Of a stretch of DNA of 64,000 nucleotides, positions 54,652 to 63,647 are shown piece after piece. The position numbers and the translations under genes are program-made. Under the pieces are notes generated by a model. The model ran no database searches. It had not been told where the DNA came from and saw only the letters and a program-made list of their open reading frames with translations. How positions within the stretch are numbered: the stretch's first letter is position 1; each line of letters opens with the position of its first letter. The stretch is from Escherichia phage pEC-M719-6WT.2, in sequence record OQ845958.1; one strand, 5' to 3'.

Positions 54652-55206
54652 ATGACTTTATATGATAATCTTTTATCAAATGTGGAATGGTTTGGCGGTA
54701 GTGGTCTTGCCACTGAAACTAACACAGTTCTTTATAGAATCCGCCGCGACTTGGGCTATTCCAATGATTTCTTAAGAAGAACAACAAGTCGCGGCGATAC
54801 TACCAAATTGCCTTTTATTTTTGCTTTAGCTGAAGACCTTTCTTTCGCAGATGCCTTGGAAATTATTGATGTAAATCTGGGTATTCAACGAGTGGAATTC
54901 GCTGGACTACGTTATTCAGTATATGCTTTAAACGAACCAAGTGATTATAAACAGCTTACTAATGCGGACGATGATGACCATTTGGTATGTTATTTGATGT
55001 TAGAAAATGGTGACCACTTTGGAATGGTTGACCGCCGTCCAGCTTATACTGATATTAAAAATTATGATAAAGATGAGCTTCTTGATTTGGCGGCTGAGTA
55101 TACATTAGAGGGTCGTAAACGGAAACGTAAGCTTAATCGTTTTATTGCTGAATGTCGTGAATATGCTAAAGGGGTTCAAAATGCGAACGTTATATCTGCC
55201 AAGTAA
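54652..55206 (+). CDS. Hypothetical protein ending in FIAECREY (C-terminal motif family)
   Basis: Start set to ATG 54652 after GAGAGGAG RBS. Confidence 0.5.
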   Translation: MTLYDNLLSNVEWFGGSGLATETNTVLYRIRRDLGYSNDFLRRTTSRGDTTKLPFIFALAEDLSFADALEIIDVNLGIQRVEFAGLRYSVYALNEPSDYKQLTNADDDDHLVCYLMLENGDHFGMVDRRPAYTDIKNYDKDELLDLAAEYTLEGRKRKRKLNRFIAECREYAKGVQNANVISAK

Positions 55207-55540
55207 ACCAGAAAAATTTGTATACGCAGACAAGATTGATAAAGACCTTATGCCAGCATTTGGGGCTCTGTCCATATGCATCGTTGGGGTTATAATGGTG
55301 GTGCTTTGTGGGGATATGGATATCATTAGTGTTGGAGTTGCCTGGGCGCTAATAATCGCAGCTCCTTTTATTACGGTCCTGAGTATGATATTGATAAATG
55401 TGTGGCATCAAAATCATATGAATAAAGGATATCGTGGGCGAGTTAAAGAGTGGGAACAAAAATGTATTTCCCTACAAGAAGAGCACAAAATTAAATGTGC
55501 CGAAGAATTTATTAAGGAGGTTCGTAATGGAACGGCCTAG
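55181..55540 (+). CDS. Small membrane protein (2 TM), C-terminal EEFIKEVRNG
   Basis: Start set to ATG 55181 after AAAGGGG; two hydrophobic helices. Confidence 0.5.
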   Translation: MRTLYLPSKPEKFVYADKIDKDLMPAFGALSICIVGVIMVVLCGDMDIISVGVAWALIIAAPFITVLSMILINVWHQNHMNKGYRGRVKEWEQKCISLQEEHKIKCAEEFIKEVRNGTA

Positions 55541-55880
55541 TCTTACATCACATGTTTATCAATTGGCTGAATATGATATTGGTGCCAATTTATTATTAGG
55601 GATTGCCACCGGTATGCTTGGTGGTTTGGTTGGTCTGGTAATGACCACGGTTATGGCTGCAATCGAGGGAGTCATGCCTATTGAGATGGGCTTCTTTATG
55701 ATAATCGCTCCGGCTGTTGTGGCTTATTTTATCCCTGTTGTGTATGATATCTGTCACACAAATGCCTTGAATGCTCCTAGTCGGAAGAGATACGCTTCAG
55801 CAATGGCTGAGTATAATAAGTTCCTAGACAAAACAAAACGTAATGACCTTGAAACCTTTATTAAGGAATGTAAATCATGA
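55527..55880 (+). CDS. Small membrane protein (2-3 TM), C-terminal ETFIKECKS
   Basis: Start set to ATG 55527, whose RBS AAGGAGG is encoded by the C-terminal codons of the upstream gene. Confidence 0.5.
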   Translation: MERPSLTSHVYQLAEYDIGANLLLGIATGMLGGLVGLVMTTVMAAIEGVMPIEMGFFMIIAPAVVAYFIPVVYDICHTNALNAPSRKRYASAMAEYNKFLDKTKRNDLETFIKECKS

Positions 55881-56167
55881 ATAAAATTGAAATTGCTATC
55901 CCCAAGTATTATGATGAGAAATCTGCAGAAAAAGCTATCTATTCTCTTCTAAATAAGACCTCTGAAATTGAAAAACACTGTGAAGAAATCGCAGATGAAT
56001 ATGGTATCCAATTCGGTACCGGTGATTATGGTTCAGGCCGTACATATTATCCTGTCGGTTATGAGTGCTCCCAGTGGTTTAAAGATGAAATTGAAAACAA
56101 CGGCGGCGAAGTTGAAAACGGTGTCGTTACAGTTGGTGCTTGGGTCTCCTCTTCGGCAATGTGCTAA
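55877..56167 (+). CDS. Small protein, WVSSSxxC-tail family member A
   Basis: 96 aa ending WVSSSAMC; ATGA overlap with the upstream gene. Confidence 0.55.
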   Translation: MNKIEIAIPKYYDEKSAEKAIYSLLNKTSEIEKHCEEIADEYGIQFGTGDYGSGRTYYPVGYECSQWFKDEIENNGGEVENGVVTVGAWVSSSAMC

Positions 56168-56176
56168 GGAAACGCT

Positions 56177-56458
56177 ATGATGAATGATTACCGTAAAAAT
56201 AAAGAACTGGCTAACGCAGTAAATGATATCCATAAAGCTATTCGTCGTGCCGAGGAAATTGCAAACAAATATGAGACTCATTTTAATATATACCCTGCTC
56301 GCGGTATGGGCGGTGACTATTATTCTCCTGGTGCCTTGAAAGCTGACCTTGCCCATTGGGAAGAACATGGCCATCCTGAATGGGCTATTGTTAACACTCA
56401 TGACTATACAACTGACCTGGAAAATGGCGGATGGGTGTCCTCCTCTTCTGAATGTTAA
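56177..56458 (+). CDS. Small protein, WVSSSxxC-tail family member B
   Basis: 93 aa ending WVSSSSEC; shares GDY..G and ENGG motifs with member A. Confidence 0.55.
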   Translation: MMNDYRKNKELANAVNDIHKAIRRAEEIANKYETHFNIYPARGMGGDYYSPGALKADLAHWEEHGHPEWAIVNTHDYTTDLENGGWVSSSSEC

Positions 56459-56466
56459 GGAATTAT

Positions 56467-56664
56467 ATGTCTCGTGAATTAGATTGTGCAATCCGTACTG
56501 CCGCGGCAGCTATTGAAAACGTTATCCAGATTTGTAAAGAAGAACGCGAAGAAGCTGATATCTACATTGATGGTGTTCGTGACCTAGAACGACATATTAC
56601 GCTTTATAATGGTTGTATTACAATTAGTGGTACCTCTTGGGTGTCCTCCTCTTACGAATGCTAA
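56467..56664 (+). CDS. Small protein, WVSSSxxC-tail family member C
   Basis: About 65 aa ending WVSSSYEC; start set to ATG 56467 after TAAGGAA. Confidence 0.5.
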   Translation: MSRELDCAIRTAAAAIENVIQICKEEREEADIYIDGVRDLERHITLYNGCITISGTSWVSSSYEC

Positions 56665-56674
56665 GGAATAAAAA

Positions 56675-56899
56675 ATGACTGATATTAACGAATTAGAAAA
56701 AGCTGCTCTTGAACTGGCTGCCCTGTATAAGAAAGTAAAAGATATGGCTTCTGCTCAGGATTTTGGTGTTGAGCTAGATGATTATGACGGTGAAGTTCGT
56801 CTTGAAGATTGGCTGAATAGCTCTTGTTACGGCGAAGAAGCTGGTCGCACCTTCGTTGCCCGCGCCGACGGTAAAATCTGGTACCCGAGCTCATGCTAA
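56675..56899 (+). CDS. Small protein, divergent tail-family member D (ends WYPSSC)
   Basis: 74 aa ending IWYPSSC. Confidence 0.5.
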   Translation: MTDINELEKAALELAALYKKVKDMASAQDFGVELDDYDGEVRLEDWLNSSCYGEEAGRTFVARADGKIWYPSSC

Positions 56900-57120
56900 A
56901 ATTAAAGAAAAGATACATTAGTAAAATAAATGGTCTTCGCGATTATGCCAAAGGTTGGCCATTAAGTATTATTATGGCTGATAGACATCCACGTTATAAT
57001 AACGAGTTGACTTATTACAAAAAGTATGATTCATATTGTCGGTCTAAAGCGGGTCGTTTAGATGGTTCCTATGAAGAATATTTCGGTAAAAAACCTACTC
57101 GTATTTCGTTAGGAAAATAA
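56893..57120 (+). CDS. Hypothetical small basic protein
   Basis: 75 aa overlapping the previous stop; weak RBS. Confidence 0.4.
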   Translation: MLKLKKRYISKINGLRDYAKGWPLSIIMADRHPRYNNELTYYKKYDSYCRSKAGRLDGSYEEYFGKKPTRISLGK

Positions 57121-57222
57121 TTTAATCACAAGGATGTGATAAGAAAATTATGTACAAGATTTAGTATACAAGTCTAAAGAAACGTAGTATCATTATCTTT
57201 GTCAACTAATGAGGAAAATATT

Positions 57223-58182
57223 ATGATGTTAGTTATTGGTTCTCGTGCATTACATAACGCTGGTCTGATTGAAAGTCAGAAAATTGAAAACTCTGATTGG
57301 GACTTCATCGCAGACCAAGGTTCCTGGAACAGCTTTAAAACCCAGATGATGGGACAACACGTGCATGTGGATAACCCAGATGTTCAAGCTTTTAAATGTA
57401 TGCACAATGGTAAAGAAACCTATTTTGAAGCGTACATCGTCCGCGCACTGACAAGTGTTCGTGAATTGACTGATGAGTTACAAGAGGAAGATTTTACCTC
57501 CAGTTATCGTCTGCTCAAATATGCGAAGGCAAATATTCAGAAAGACCGTCTATCTGGTTTTTACTGGGCAACTCCTGATATTTGTCTGGCAATTAAATTG
57601 TCTCATCGTTACCTGAAGAACAATCCATTCTTCCTGAAGACCATGAGTCATATTAATTACCTTCGCAATAAGGGTGTTGTTCTTAATGACGAACTGCAGA
57701 AAATCATGCTGCAACGCCAGGCAGAAACATTGTCGTATAGTCACCCTAAACTAGACGTGGGCAAGAAAACTTTCTTTAATGATACAATCTATACCCTTGA
57801 CCATGACTCCATCCACGAGGCCGTGGCGCTTGCTGATAAGCCTGCATATAAGTTCTATATGAAGGATGATTCAGAAGTCATGACCTCGCGTGAAAAATTT
57901 GAAGCACTCCCTGAGATTATTAAACTGGCAGGGGTTTATGAAGAAGCATGTGTGCTCGCTCTGGAGCGTTCGCAGGTTCCTAATGAGTTCAATATCTCTC
58001 CATCTGTGAGCTTCCATATTGCGCTAGAAAAAGTCTGTACCTCCATTACTTCTGGATGGTTCCGTGAGTACGCCTGGGAACATTACCAGGAAGTGGTTAA
58101 TATGTACAACACCCTGGGCCGCGAAGACTATGTTAAACGTTTCAAGGCTAACCAACATTTAATTCGTCCTTTCGAAAAATAA
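57223..58182 (+). CDS. Hypothetical protein with possible nucleotidyltransferase-fold motif
   Basis: Start set to ATG 57223 after GAGGA RBS; N-terminal IGSRAL-x17-SDWDFI resembles the hG[GS]...D.D NTase signature. Confidence 0.55.
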   Translation: MMLVIGSRALHNAGLIESQKIENSDWDFIADQGSWNSFKTQMMGQHVHVDNPDVQAFKCMHNGKETYFEAYIVRALTSVRELTDELQEEDFTSSYRLLKYAKANIQKDRLSGFYWATPDICLAIKLSHRYLKNNPFFLKTMSHINYLRNKGVVLNDELQKIMLQRQAETLSYSHPKLDVGKKTFFNDTIYTLDHDSIHEAVALADKPAYKFYMKDDSEVMTSREKFEALPEIIKLAGVYEEACVLALERSQVPNEFNISPSVSFHIALEKVCTSITSGWFREYAWEHYQEVVNMYNTLGREDYVKRFKANQHLIRPFEK

Positions 58183-58241
58183 GTGTGTACAACAAAGTAG
58201 GACTATGACACAATGGTCCCACAATCAATGAGGAAAATATT

Positions 58242-58928
58242 ATGAACGGTCCGAAAACTTTTAATAGTCAAGCTCGTGCAGTTGGTGGTTTTGCACATAA
58301 CGTACAAAATGACCAAATCAAAAATGAACCAATGTTCTTTAACTGTGATTTGAGTTTTGCTTGGGATAATGGTGGCCCAATCACTCGTAGCTTTATTGCC
58401 AATCTCCCAATTGATTGGACTAATCAACATGTTGTATTTGATTCCCGGGTTCATATGCTGATGCCTGGTTGGTATCCCGCTATCCCAGGTTATCACCATG
58501 ATGATGTGCCACGTCCGGATATTCCGGTGGGTCAACACTTTATTACTGCAGGCCAACCTGATTATGATAATCCTCGATACTATTCTGAACATATTCTTGG
58601 TCTTGTTAACGCTGATGTGTGTCCTACTTATTTTGCAACCGGAACTGCACAATTTAGTCAGATTCCTGAAGGCGAACTTATCTATCGTCAGTGGCATAAA
58701 GAAGTTCTGGAAAAAATTGAGTCCAATGAATTAACCAAGTGGGATGCTCCTGACCGCACATTGCTCCAGTTTGATTGGCAGACATGGCATACAGGTTCTC
58801 GCGCAGTAAGTAACGGGTGGCGCTGGTTTGGTCGTGTGTCTCGTAATACTGACCGTGTTAAAAAGATTACAAATGAAATCCGCGTTAATGCTCAAGTATA
58901 TCTGGAATTCCCTATGGAGGGCTGGTAA
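58242..58928 (+). CDS. Hypothetical Trp/His-rich protein
   Basis: 228 aa with GAGGA RBS; no recognisable motif. Confidence 0.55.
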   Translation: MNGPKTFNSQARAVGGFAHNVQNDQIKNEPMFFNCDLSFAWDNGGPITRSFIANLPIDWTNQHVVFDSRVHMLMPGWYPAIPGYHHDDVPRPDIPVGQHFITAGQPDYDNPRYYSEHILGLVNADVCPTYFATGTAQFSQIPEGELIYRQWHKEVLEKIESNELTKWDAPDRTLLQFDWQTWHTGSRAVSNGWRWFGRVSRNTDRVKKITNEIRVNAQVYLEFPMEGW

Positions 58929-59515
58929 TGGCCCTTTATGAGCCTGGGTGCATGGGTGTTGATGTAAACTTCATCCGCCGGGCAGAAAATGCAGGTATAA
59001 TTGTATCAAGAGACGAATTTATGATTACCAAAAAATATTGGGCGAACCTTGATGATGGTGATGAAGGAATCAAGGTGGAAAATGTTGATTGGTCGCGATG
59101 CAATCGTCATGTGAAAGAGCTTTTAATTAAGGAATATAAAATGGGATACATCATTAATGGGCATCAACCAGAACCGCTCAAAGAACAGACACCCGACCCA
59201 TTAATTTCTTATAGCAAGAAATATGGATTTCGTACCTGGAGTGATGAATTTGATAAGTTAATTTGTTCCAGGTTTTATGCCTGGGCTGGAATCTTATTTT
59301 TACCATTCCTGTGGTTTTTCTTGACAGGCAAAAATGAAGCACCCGTGGCTGTAATGGGTGCGTGCTTTTCTACTGCTCTCGCTGGGCTTATTGCATCATT
59401 TTTATGGACTATGGTTATTGAAGTACCTTTTCGTATTTCTAAAGTTAAAAAGGTATATGACGATATCACTAAGAAAAATACATTGAACTCCTTTATTGAG
59501 GAATGCCGTAAATGA
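58928..59515 (+). CDS. Membrane protein (C-terminal 2 TM), C-terminal NSFIEECRK
   Basis: 195 aa; hydrophobic helices near C-terminus; ATGA-type overlap. Confidence 0.55.
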   Translation: MALYEPGCMGVDVNFIRRAENAGIIVSRDEFMITKKYWANLDDGDEGIKVENVDWSRCNRHVKELLIKEYKMGYIINGHQPEPLKEQTPDPLISYSKKYGFRTWSDEFDKLICSRFYAWAGILFLPFLWFFLTGKNEAPVAVMGACFSTALAGLIASFLWTMVIEVPFRISKVKKVYDDITKKNTLNSFIEECRK

Positions 59516-59748
59516 GTATTGCAATTTATATTAAATCCGAGTCATGTGATTCTTATCTGTATTCCTATGATACAGGTACATCAGAAGAGAAAATCAAAGA
59601 TGATTTAGAAAGTGACTTGGATATGTTCCGCCCGATTTCTGAATACAGAATTCAAACTTCTGATAGTGAATCTCCTTCATTGGAAAATAGACTTGAATTT
59701 TTAATGAGTGATATTTTTAACCAATCATGGAAACGTGACGATGAGTAA
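59512..59748 (+). CDS. Hypothetical acidic small protein
   Basis: 78 aa; overlapping junctions on both sides. Confidence 0.5.
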   Translation: MSIAIYIKSESCDSYLYSYDTGTSEEKIKDDLESDLDMFRPISEYRIQTSDSESPSLENRLEFLMSDIFNQSWKRDDE

Positions 59749-60199
59749 GAAAAACGCAGTGAAAGAATTATCTGCTGGTATTATTTTCATGACTGAAGAT
59801 AAAGAGTTATTCATGGGACGTGTGACTGGTTCTCGTAAACCAGGCATGCCTGCGCACAAATGGGACATTCCTAAGGGTCATGTTGAAGCATGTGAATCCC
59901 CGATTGAAGCGGCTATCCGTGAAACCGAAGAAGAAACCGGGTTTACCCAATACGACCCGGCATTCTTAAAGGACCTGGGTGAATTCCGCTATTCAGATAA
60001 CAAAAATCTTCACCTGTTTTTGTACACGGTTCCGGTCGAGCATGAACAGTTTAGACATAGTAAATGCTCTGCCTATCATACCTTCCCGGATGGTAGTTCG
60101 GTTCCAGAGTTCGATGCATTTGCTCTGATTAAACCGAGTCAATGGCAGTATGTGATGGGCAAATCGATGTACAAGGTAATGACTCAAATTTTCGGATAA
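59741..60199 (+). CDS. nudE: Nudix hydrolase NudE
   Basis: Nudix box (GHVEACESPIEAAIRETEEETG); position immediately upstream of e as T4 e.1; start set to ATG 59741. Confidence 0.85.
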   Translation: MSKKNAVKELSAGIIFMTEDKELFMGRVTGSRKPGMPAHKWDIPKGHVEACESPIEAAIRETEEETGFTQYDPAFLKDLGEFRYSDNKNLHLFLYTVPVEHEQFRHSKCSAYHTFPDGSSVPEFDAFALIKPSQWQYVMGKSMYKVMTQIFG

Positions 60200-60225
60200 T
60201 AAATACCCCTATATAAGGGGGTATT

Positions 60226-60717
60226 ATGAATATATTCGAAATGTTACGCATAGATGAAGGTTGTAAGTTGGATTTGTATAAAGATACTGAAGGCTATTGG
60301 ACCATTGGTATCGGGCAACTGATAACTAAGAACCCATCAAAAGATGTTGCTCGTGCCGAGCTCGACAAGCTCATGGGTCGCGTCTGTAATGGTCGCATAA
60401 CCCAGCACGAAGCTGAAACATTGTTTAACCGTTCGGTCGAAAAAGCTAAAGCCGGAATCTTGAGACATCCTGTCTTAAAACCTGTTTATGATGTACTTGA
60501 TGAAGTTCGTCGTTGTGCACTCATTAATATGGTATTCCAAATGGGTGTTGCTGGTGTTGCTGGTTTTCCTAAGGGTATGCGATTGCTGAAGGCTAAATCA
60601 TGGGAAGCGGCTGCTAAGGAACTGGCGGACTCAAGATGGTATAAAGTCCAGACTCCGAACCGAGCCAAACGAGTTATAGAAACGTTCCGCACCGGAACTT
60701 TTGACGCATACAAATAA
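60226..60717 (+). CDS. e: Endolysin (T4 lysozyme family)
   Basis: 163 aa; near-identical to T4 lysozyme ([56 protein letters not shown]). Confidence 0.97.
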   Translation: MNIFEMLRIDEGCKLDLYKDTEGYWTIGIGQLITKNPSKDVARAELDKLMGRVCNGRITQHEAETLFNRSVEKAKAGILRHPVLKPVYDVLDEVRRCALINMVFQMGVAGVAGFPKGMRLLKAKSWEAAAKELADSRWYKVQTPNRAKRVIETFRTGTFDAYK

Positions 60718-60725
60718 GGTAAAAT

Positions 60726-60995
60726 ATGAAAACGTATCAAGAATTTTTGGCTGAATCTGTATTAAATGAATCAGATGAAAGCCGCATGGCATTTTTAGCT
60801 AAGAAAGAAGGCTTTGAGTTTACTTCTATTAAAAAAGTTAATGGAACTTCATTTAAAGTTGGTGATTGGACCTTTGGCAACAAAGGAAATGGTCAGTGGC
60901 AAATTGTAGATAAATCTGGCAAAGAAGTGGATTATTTGTTTAATCAGAAATTGGGTGATATCGCTAAACTTATGGGTCAATACTCTAAGAAATGA
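60726..60995 (+). CDS. Internal protein (ipIII position), CTS MKTYQEFLAE
   Basis: 89 aa with canonical CTS-like N-terminus, directly after e. Confidence 0.65.
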   Translation: MKTYQEFLAESVLNESDESRMAFLAKKEGFEFTSIKKVNGTSFKVGDWTFGNKGNGQWQIVDKSGKEVDYLFNQKLGDIAKLMGQYSKK

Positions 60996-61032
60996 TGTAC
61001 ATCTCCAAATGATAGGGTTATAATGACCCTAT
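60995..61032 (+). promoter_or_regulatory. Early promoter / stem-loop cassette (ATGTAC-N18-TATAAT within GATAGGGT..ACCCTATC)
   Basis: TATAAT 61019-61024 in the loop of inverted repeat 61011-61018/61025-61032; leader CAACTACGGAGAA. Confidence 0.5.
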
Positions 61033-61050
61033 CAACTACGGAGAACAAAC

Positions 61051-61467
61051 ATGACTCGCATTAACTTAACCCTGGTGTCTGAACTCGCTGACCAACATCT
61101 TATGGCTGAATATCGTGAGCTTCCTCGCGTGTTTGGTGCTGTTCGTAAGCATGTACAAAATGGTAAAAAGGTTTCTGACTTTAAAATCCCATCATCTTTT
61201 CTTTTAGGGACTGGTCATGTCACCTTCTTTTATGATAAGCTTTTGTTCCTTAAAAACCGGCATCAAGAACTTATTGCAGAATGTTTAAAGCGAGGGTTTA
61301 ACATAAAAGATATTTCTACCCAAGACTTAACTGATATTCCTGATGAATGGAAGAATGATTATCAACCATCAATCTGGTCAATTGAAATCAGTCAAGCCAG
61401 ACTGAATGAGAAAATTTCTCAAAAGCCTGCTTGGTACAAATACTATGGGAAAGCTGTGTACGCTTAA
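61051..61467 (+). CDS. denV: Endonuclease V (pyrimidine dimer DNA glycosylase)
   Basis: 138 aa; near-identical to T4 DenV ([35 protein letters not shown]). Confidence 0.97.
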   Translation: MTRINLTLVSELADQHLMAEYRELPRVFGAVRKHVQNGKKVSDFKIPSSFLLGTGHVTFFYDKLLFLKNRHQELIAECLKRGFNIKDISTQDLTDIPDEWKNDYQPSIWSIEISQARLNEKISQKPAWYKYYGKAVYA

Positions 61468-61515
61468 CTAAAAAGGTTGTATAATGATTTTATCAACCAA
61501 ACAATGGAATATAAA

Positions 61516-61815
61516 ATGAAAACTTATCAAGAATTTATCACAGAAGCCAAAGCCCCTAAAGCATTCCAAATTGGGGTCCAAGGTACTTTAGACCAACAAT
61601 ATGTTGATGCTATTGTAGCAAGCCTCGGCAAGCAGGGTGTACAAGTGGATTTGGTTGATTTTACCAAAGGTAATACTTTTAATATTGTTACGTCTAAAGG
61701 CTCTTTAGCTAAAGTTAAAAAGGCTTTTGGTGTAGCACAAGCATACGAAATCGACCATTCTGAATTAGAAAATAAAGGTCGCCAGAACACAATTAAAGGC
61801 TCTGGTTCTTTCTAA
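61516..61815 (+). CDS. Internal-protein-like small protein, CTS MKTYQEFITE
   Basis: Track ORF 61477-61815; start moved to ATG 61516 to expose the CTS. Confidence 0.6.
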   Translation: MKTYQEFITEAKAPKAFQIGVQGTLDQQYVDAIVASLGKQGVQVDLVDFTKGNTFNIVTSKGSLAKVKKAFGVAQAYEIDHSELENKGRQNTIKGSGSF

Positions 61816-61979
61816 TAAAGGCAAGCCGACCCTCTCCTCATGAACGTTGCGTCCTCTGAGTGATGGACCTTTCCCTACCTGTAATAAGGTCGAGCCCAAG
61901 TGCGGTAAAGGGTTTACATACGGATACATGGATGAATTATGTGCCAAGGAATGGCCCCACAACTTAAAAAGAGACAATT

Positions 61980-62507
61980 ATGAAATTTTTAACTCCCATT
62001 TATCTAACCTTAATGCACGCCTTCGCTGAACGCGCCATTGAACGCTTAGATTCAGACCAATACACCTGGTATGAACCCGCTTCAAGAATGCAAGAGTTTG
62101 GTACTCTTAGACTTGACGGCGGAAGGCAAACAGGTAAAACAAGTGCCATTGCACAATTTGCTGCGGATTGGGTTTCTAAGGGTAATGATGTAATTGTTAT
62201 GTCGAGTTCTTCGCATCGCTCACGAGAAATCTGTGATATAATAAAGCGGGTTTCTAAAGCACAGCCACATCTTAATGTTGAACGACCTGGTTTTGTTGTA
62301 TATGATACTGTTCGTTCATTTTTAGATGAAGATCATTTTCACAAATATCGTGGACTGTCTGTTACCCGATTATTGATTATTATTGAAGAGCCTATTCGCC
62401 TACCAGCGATGGATAAGTTCTATGAAGCTTATCAGACAATGATGAATAAATTTATGTGCCAAGGTTCTAAACCTCTGCCACTGTTCTTTGTGATAGGAAT
62501 GCAATGA
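61980..62507 (+). CDS. Hypothetical protein with Walker-A-like motif (GGRQTGKTS)
   Basis: 175 aa; P-loop-like motif; vs.x region relative to T4. Confidence 0.5.
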   Translation: MKFLTPIYLTLMHAFAERAIERLDSDQYTWYEPASRMQEFGTLRLDGGRQTGKTSAIAQFAADWVSKGNDVIVMSSSSHRSREICDIIKRVSKAQPHLNVERPGFVVYDTVRSFLDEDHFHKYRGLSVTRLLIIIEEPIRLPAMDKFYEAYQTMMNKFMCQGSKPLPLFFVIGMQ

Positions 62508-62800
62508 TGACTGATGAAGAACTTTTTGAGTTCTGCTATTTCTCACGTAAGGTCCGAAGAGAGGACCTTACTACAAATTTTGAATATGCTTATTTCTATC
62601 CATTAGAATATGTATTCATGTCAGGGCCCTTTAAGGGCTCTCGTTTTAGATGCCACGCTCCTAGTATCCGATTAATGAAACAGGTTCCTTACTTCACCCT
62701 CGAGTTCATCTCAGGGCCTTGTAAGGGCATTATAACTCGTAGTCTCTTGACGTATGACCAAGAGATTCATATGATTTCTGACTGGAAAAAATATGTCTAA
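62504..62800 (+). CDS. Hypothetical protein
   Basis: 98 aa with ATGA overlap; internal duplication (FMSGPFKGSRF / FISGPCKGIIT). Confidence 0.5.
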   Translation: MMTDEELFEFCYFSRKVRREDLTTNFEYAYFYPLEYVFMSGPFKGSRFRCHAPSIRLMKQVPYFTLEFISGPCKGIITRSLLTYDQEIHMISDWKKYV

Positions 62801-63007
62801 ATTGACTATTGAAGGTTCTGAAGAAGCTCTGAAGATGTTTGTTGACTGGTTCCACGAACAGGGCGAACAAGGCTTTATGGAATGTTGGGACGGTGGCCAA
62901 TGGAATGGTAAAGAAATTGTTTATCCGAGTACATATATCTCTGTTCGTGGCGGATATGATGGCCTTCGTTTGGTAGAATATGATAATGCATCTGATGAGG
63001 AAGTGAA

Positions 63008-63011
<4 letters not shown>
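62793..63011 (+). CDS. Hypothetical protein
   Basis: 72 aa; overlapping junction. Confidence 0.5.
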
Positions 63012-63590
<579 letters not shown>

Positions 63591-63591
<1 letters not shown>

Positions 63592-63625
63592 TGTACAAGC
63601 AGGTTGAAATGAGTTATGATTATCC
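63591..63625 (+). promoter_or_regulatory. Early promoter (GTGTAC-N18-TATGAT), degenerate stem-loop cassette
   Basis: GTGTAC 63591-63596, TATGAT 63615-63620, then TATCCCATCAAAC leader. Confidence 0.45.
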
Positions 63626-63647
63626 CATCAAACAAAAGGAGATAATC

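Noticed and set aside
58185-58215. Possible early promoter upstream of the 58242 ORF
   Set aside because: GTGTAC is present but no acceptable -10 hexamer lies at 17-18 nt; left uncalled.
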